From Amoebidium appalachense (taxonomy: Eukaryota; Protista; Ichthyosporea), in NCBI GenBank assembly GCA_963693365.1, contig CAVNZM010000016.1, positions 4,893,149-4,957,148 on the forward strand: 64,000 bases of DNA, given 5' to 3'. Below, in pieces: positions 60,838 to 64,000 of this stretch. A program made the translations under genes and the position numbers. Below the pieces are notes generated by a model. That model saw nothing but the letters and a program-made list of their open reading frames with translations. It searched no databases and was not told the origin of the DNA. Positions within the stretch are counted from its first letter, which is position 1; each line of letters opens with the position of its first letter.

Positions 60838-63165
60838 GACAATTCTCTTTTACGTGCATATTCCTTCTAATCTTTTTAAGATGTTTCACTTTCCCGTGTG
60901 CCTTGCTCACCTGGAATGACTAGATACATTTTTTGGTTTCATATATAGCCATTCCCCGTGCTTATGTAAGTTCACCCCCCCCCCCCCCCCCCCCCCCCCC
61001 CCAACACACACACACCCACACACACACAGGCTGCGCCAGGCAAACATTCTTGACCGGCTAGTCCACCAAGGGGACATGCTAGACCAGCAGCTGATGCTAT
61101 TGGCTGAGGAGGCAAAGGTGTGTGTGTGTGTGTGTGTGGGCGAGCGCGCCCATGCGTGCGTGCGTGCGTGCGTGCTTGCGTGCATGTGTGCATGCGTTTT
61201 TGTGTGTGTGTGTGTGTGCGTGCTTGCGTGTGTGCGAGCGCGCCCATGCGTGCGTGCGTGCGTGCGTTCTTGCGTGCATGTGTGCGTGCGTTTTTGTGTG
61301 TGTGTGTGTGTGTGCGTGCTTGCGTGTGTGCGAGCGCGCCCATGCGTGCGTGCGTGCGTGCGTTCTTGCGTGCATGTGTGCGTGCGTTTTTGTGTGTGTG
61401 TGTGTGTGTGCGTGCTTGCGTGTGTGCGTGCGTGCGTGGGTGGGTGGGTGTGTGTGTGGGGCGGGGGGATGGTTGGTGGTGGTTGAAGGTGGTATTAAGT
61501 GTGCAGTGTGTGTGTGGTGGTGGTTGAAGGTGGTATTAAGTGTGCAGTGTGTGTGTGGTGGTGGTTGAAGGTGGTATTAAGTGTGCAGTGTGTGTGTGGT
61601 GGTGGTTGAAGGTGGTATTAAGTGTGCAGTGTGTGTGTGGTGGTGGTTGAAGGTGGTATTAAGTGTGCAGTGTGTGTGTGGTGGTGGTTGAAGGTGGTAT
61701 TAAGTGTGCAGTGTGTGTGTGGTGGTGGTTGAAGGTGGTATTAAGTGTGCAGTGTGTGTGTGGTGGTGGTTGAAGGTGGTATTAAGTGTGCAGTGTGTGT
61801 GTGGTGGTGGTTGAAGGTGGTATTAAGTGTGCAGTGTGTGTGTGGTGGTGGTTGAAGGTGGTATTAAGTGTGCAGTGTGTGTGTGGTGGTGGTTGAAGGT
61901 GGTATTAAGTGTGCAGTGTGTGTGTGGTGGTGGTGGTGGTGGTTGAAGGTGGTATTAAGTGTGCAGTGTGTGTGTGGTGGTGGTTGAAGGTGGTATTAAG
62001 TGTGCAGTGTGTGTGTGGTGGTGGTTGAAGGTGGTATTAAGTGTGCAGTGTGTGTGTGGTGGTGGTTGAAGGTGGTATTAAGTGTGCAGTGTGTGTGTGG
62101 TGGTGGTTGAAGGTGGTATTAAGTGTGCAGTGTGTGTGTGGTGGTGGTTGAAGGTGGTATTAAGTGTGCAGTGTGTGTGTGGTGGTGGTTGAAGGTGGTA
62201 TTAAGTGTGCAGTGTGTGTGTGGTGGTGGTTGAAGGTGGTATTAAGTGTGCAGTGTGTGTGTGGTGGTGGTTGAAGGTGGTATTAAGTGTGCAGTGTGTG
62301 TGTGGTGGTGGTTGAAGGTGGCATCAAGTGTGCAGTGTGTGTGTGGTGGTGGTGGTGGTGGTTGAAGGTGGTATTAAGTGTGCAGTGTGTGTGTGGTGGT
62401 GGTTGAAGGTGGTATTAAGTGTGCAGTGTGTGTGTGGTGGTGGTTGAAGGTGGTATTAAGTGTGCAGTGTGTGTGTGGTGGTGGTTGAAGGTGGTATTAA
62501 GTGTGCAGTGTGTGTGTGGTGGTGGTTGAAGGTGGCATTAAGTGTGCAGTGTGTGTGTGGTGGTGGTGGTGGTGGTTGAAGGTGGTATTAAGTGTGCAGT
62601 GTGTGTGTGGTGGTGGTGGTGGTGGTGGTGGTTGGGGGGGGGGGGGGGGGGGGGGGGGGGCATATGATACCGAGTGTGATGTTTGTTAATGTTTTCCCAA
62701 GTTGAGTAGGGGAGGAGGGAGAAGTATAACCTATGGTAGGTATTTTACACGTGAATGCAGGCAAAACGCCCTTTTAACACAGATCATATCAATTAACAAA
62801 CATAGCACGGCCTAATAAGGCAAAGGCCAATCCGGTATTTCCTATTATTGAATAACCTAACATGGTACATATAGCCTAATACGGCACGGCTTAGCCTGCT
62901 TCGATTTTGCCTAAGATGGTGAGCCCCGACAAGGCATACCATTTTATCTTAAAGACTAATATGGCATGACTTAACACGTCATAGCCCGATCTGCTATTAC
63001 CTAATTTGGTGTCTATCCTTCCTAATAAGGTTATATTGTCAGGTGGGCCTATCCACCACATCCACCAGTCAGCACCTCTCTCTGCCCAATAAGGACGGCA
63101 GAGAGTCCACCGTGGAGCTCAAATATGCGGAGCTGGAAGAGGTCGTAAGGGGATTGGCTGACAGG
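47928..63165 (+). CDS. Atypical membrane-anchored Hsp70-family protein (acidic N-term, TM, Pro/Thr stalk, PKD-like domain, Hsp70 nucleotide-binding domain); continues past window end
   Basis: Hsp70 exons are in phase: 54278-54344, 55000-55091 ([13 protein letters not shown]), 55547-55697 ([19 protein letters not shown]), 56179-56375 (..VAPEQ), 57506-57587 (DAVVT), 58441-58529 ([27 protein letters not shown]), 59080-59145 (PTAAA), 59796-59870 ([12 protein letters not shown]), 60611-60687 ([12 protein letters not shown]), 61030-61117 (AEEAK), 63043-63165 (VGLS). Upstream exons are less certain: 47928-48284, 49591-~49650, 51129-52247 ([22 protein letters not shown]), 52791-52969, 53208-53485, 53613-53766. 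They contain two apparent 1-nt frame breaks (~51785, ~53452). Confidence 0.8.
56895..57503. repeat. (CACGTA)n / (CA)n compound microsatellite running up to the acceptor of exon 57506
   Basis: Directly visible. Confidence 0.95.
60078..60170. repeat. (ATT)n microsatellite
   Basis: Directly visible. Confidence 0.95.
61118..61436. repeat. ~85-bp TG/CG-rich tandem repeat (3+ copies) right after an Hsp70 donor
   Basis: GCGAGCGCGCCCATGCGTGCGTGC recurs at ~61140, ~61234 and ~61330. Confidence 0.85.
61474..62632. repeat. Homogeneous ~41-bp minisatellite GGTGGTGGTTGAAGGTGGTATTAAGTGTGCAGTGTGTGTGT (roughly 27-28 copies)
   Basis: Directly visible near-identical tandem units inside an Hsp70 intron. Confidence 0.95.
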
Positions 63166-63261
63166 GTAAGTGGACCAATCAAATCTCGGCAAAACTAACC
63201 ATTTATGGTGTCTCGAGCATTCAAGAGGCATATTTGGCTAGTAAAGGAGGGCCCTTTTTCT

Positions 63262-63294
<33 letters not shown>

Positions 63295-64000
63295 AGATGG
63301 TCAGGTTGGGTTGAGATGTAGGAGATGATTGGGAATGGAAGATGGGGTGGGTGGGTTTTGGGGGGAGCGGGGGAGGGGAGGTAGAATGGACGTGAGTGGG
63401 TTTTGGAGAAGAGGGGATGGGGGGGGGAGGGGGGGGGGGGGGGGAGGGGGGGGGGGAGGCTGAAGAAATGTTGCAATTGAGCACCTTCCCCTCTTGGATT
63501 GGATTGTTTCCGTTCATTCCGAAAAGGAAAAAAAAAATGAACCCACCACAGGCACCACAACACTTATGGAAATACCAAGCCGATTCCATCGCCACGGATA
63601 CTTTCACTTCCAGAAAGTTCATGGTCTAAAGGGCCATGTATATAGTATACATGCTATAAATGGTTAATAATACTGAGGGTTGATTGGCCCCTCGTATAAT
63701 GAATTCACATACATACGTGCATATATGTATGTTGGATAGGTTTGTGTATGCTTCTTTTGGTAGTCAACCCCTATCTACATGATTCGTGAGCTTTTGCATG
63801 TGTGCTGATTCACTGAAAAGTAGCGGTGCTCAATCCCTGCCAATCAAATGGTGCCTAAAGTTTCGTGGCTGTCTGCCAATGAAAACGGCTGAGAGGGTTT
63901 GTCATGTTTTCCAAATTTGGAAGATCTCAGGGGGGATTCACCCTAGTTACACTAATGATAAAGGCACATGTGGTTAAAACCCTGCCCGGCCGTTTTAGGA

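Larger units (their letters stand above)
54320..63165 (+). other. Hsp70 nucleotide-binding domain exons (partial)
   Basis: Hsp70 signatures [39 protein letters not shown], LGGxDID and AEEAKxxLS occur in order. Confidence 0.93.

Noticed and set aside
61474-62632. CRISPR array or telomeric repeat
   Set aside because: Identical units without unique spacers, located inside an intron, and not a short telomeric motif.

Overview
Eukaryotic, extremely intron-rich genomic DNA. The introns are packed with poly-C/poly-G runs and (CA)n/(TG)n/(CT)n microsatellites, so almost every ORF in the six-frame track is a repeat artefact. Splicing by hand (splice sites plus reading-phase continuity) recovers three genes. 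(1) A minus-strand paxillin-family LD/LIM protein (~2.5-9.3 kb; 5' end unresolved). (2) Head-to-head with it, a 40-exon, ~1,493-aa receptor tyrosine kinase (12906-44388): signal peptide, Pmp-like GGA/FxxN beta-helix repeats, EGF/TNFR-like Cys-rich repeats, SEA-like segment, TM helix, kinase (HRDIAARN, with DMG in place of DFG) and a Tyr-motif-rich tail. (3) An atypical membrane-anchored Hsp70-family gene (47928 to beyond the window end): acidic N-terminus, TM helix, Pro/Thr stalk, PKD-like domain, Hsp70 ATPase domain. Also present: three TIR/TSD-bounded non-autonomous DNA transposons, a ~450-bp hairpin-rich repeat family with a fixed 3' end inserted into intronic poly-C tracts, several minisatellites, and recurrent local duplications of splice sites. 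An RTK with non-animal domain architecture next to paxillin suggests a unicellular holozoan such as an ichthyosporean (inference only). All gene models are manual and need RNA-seq confirmation.
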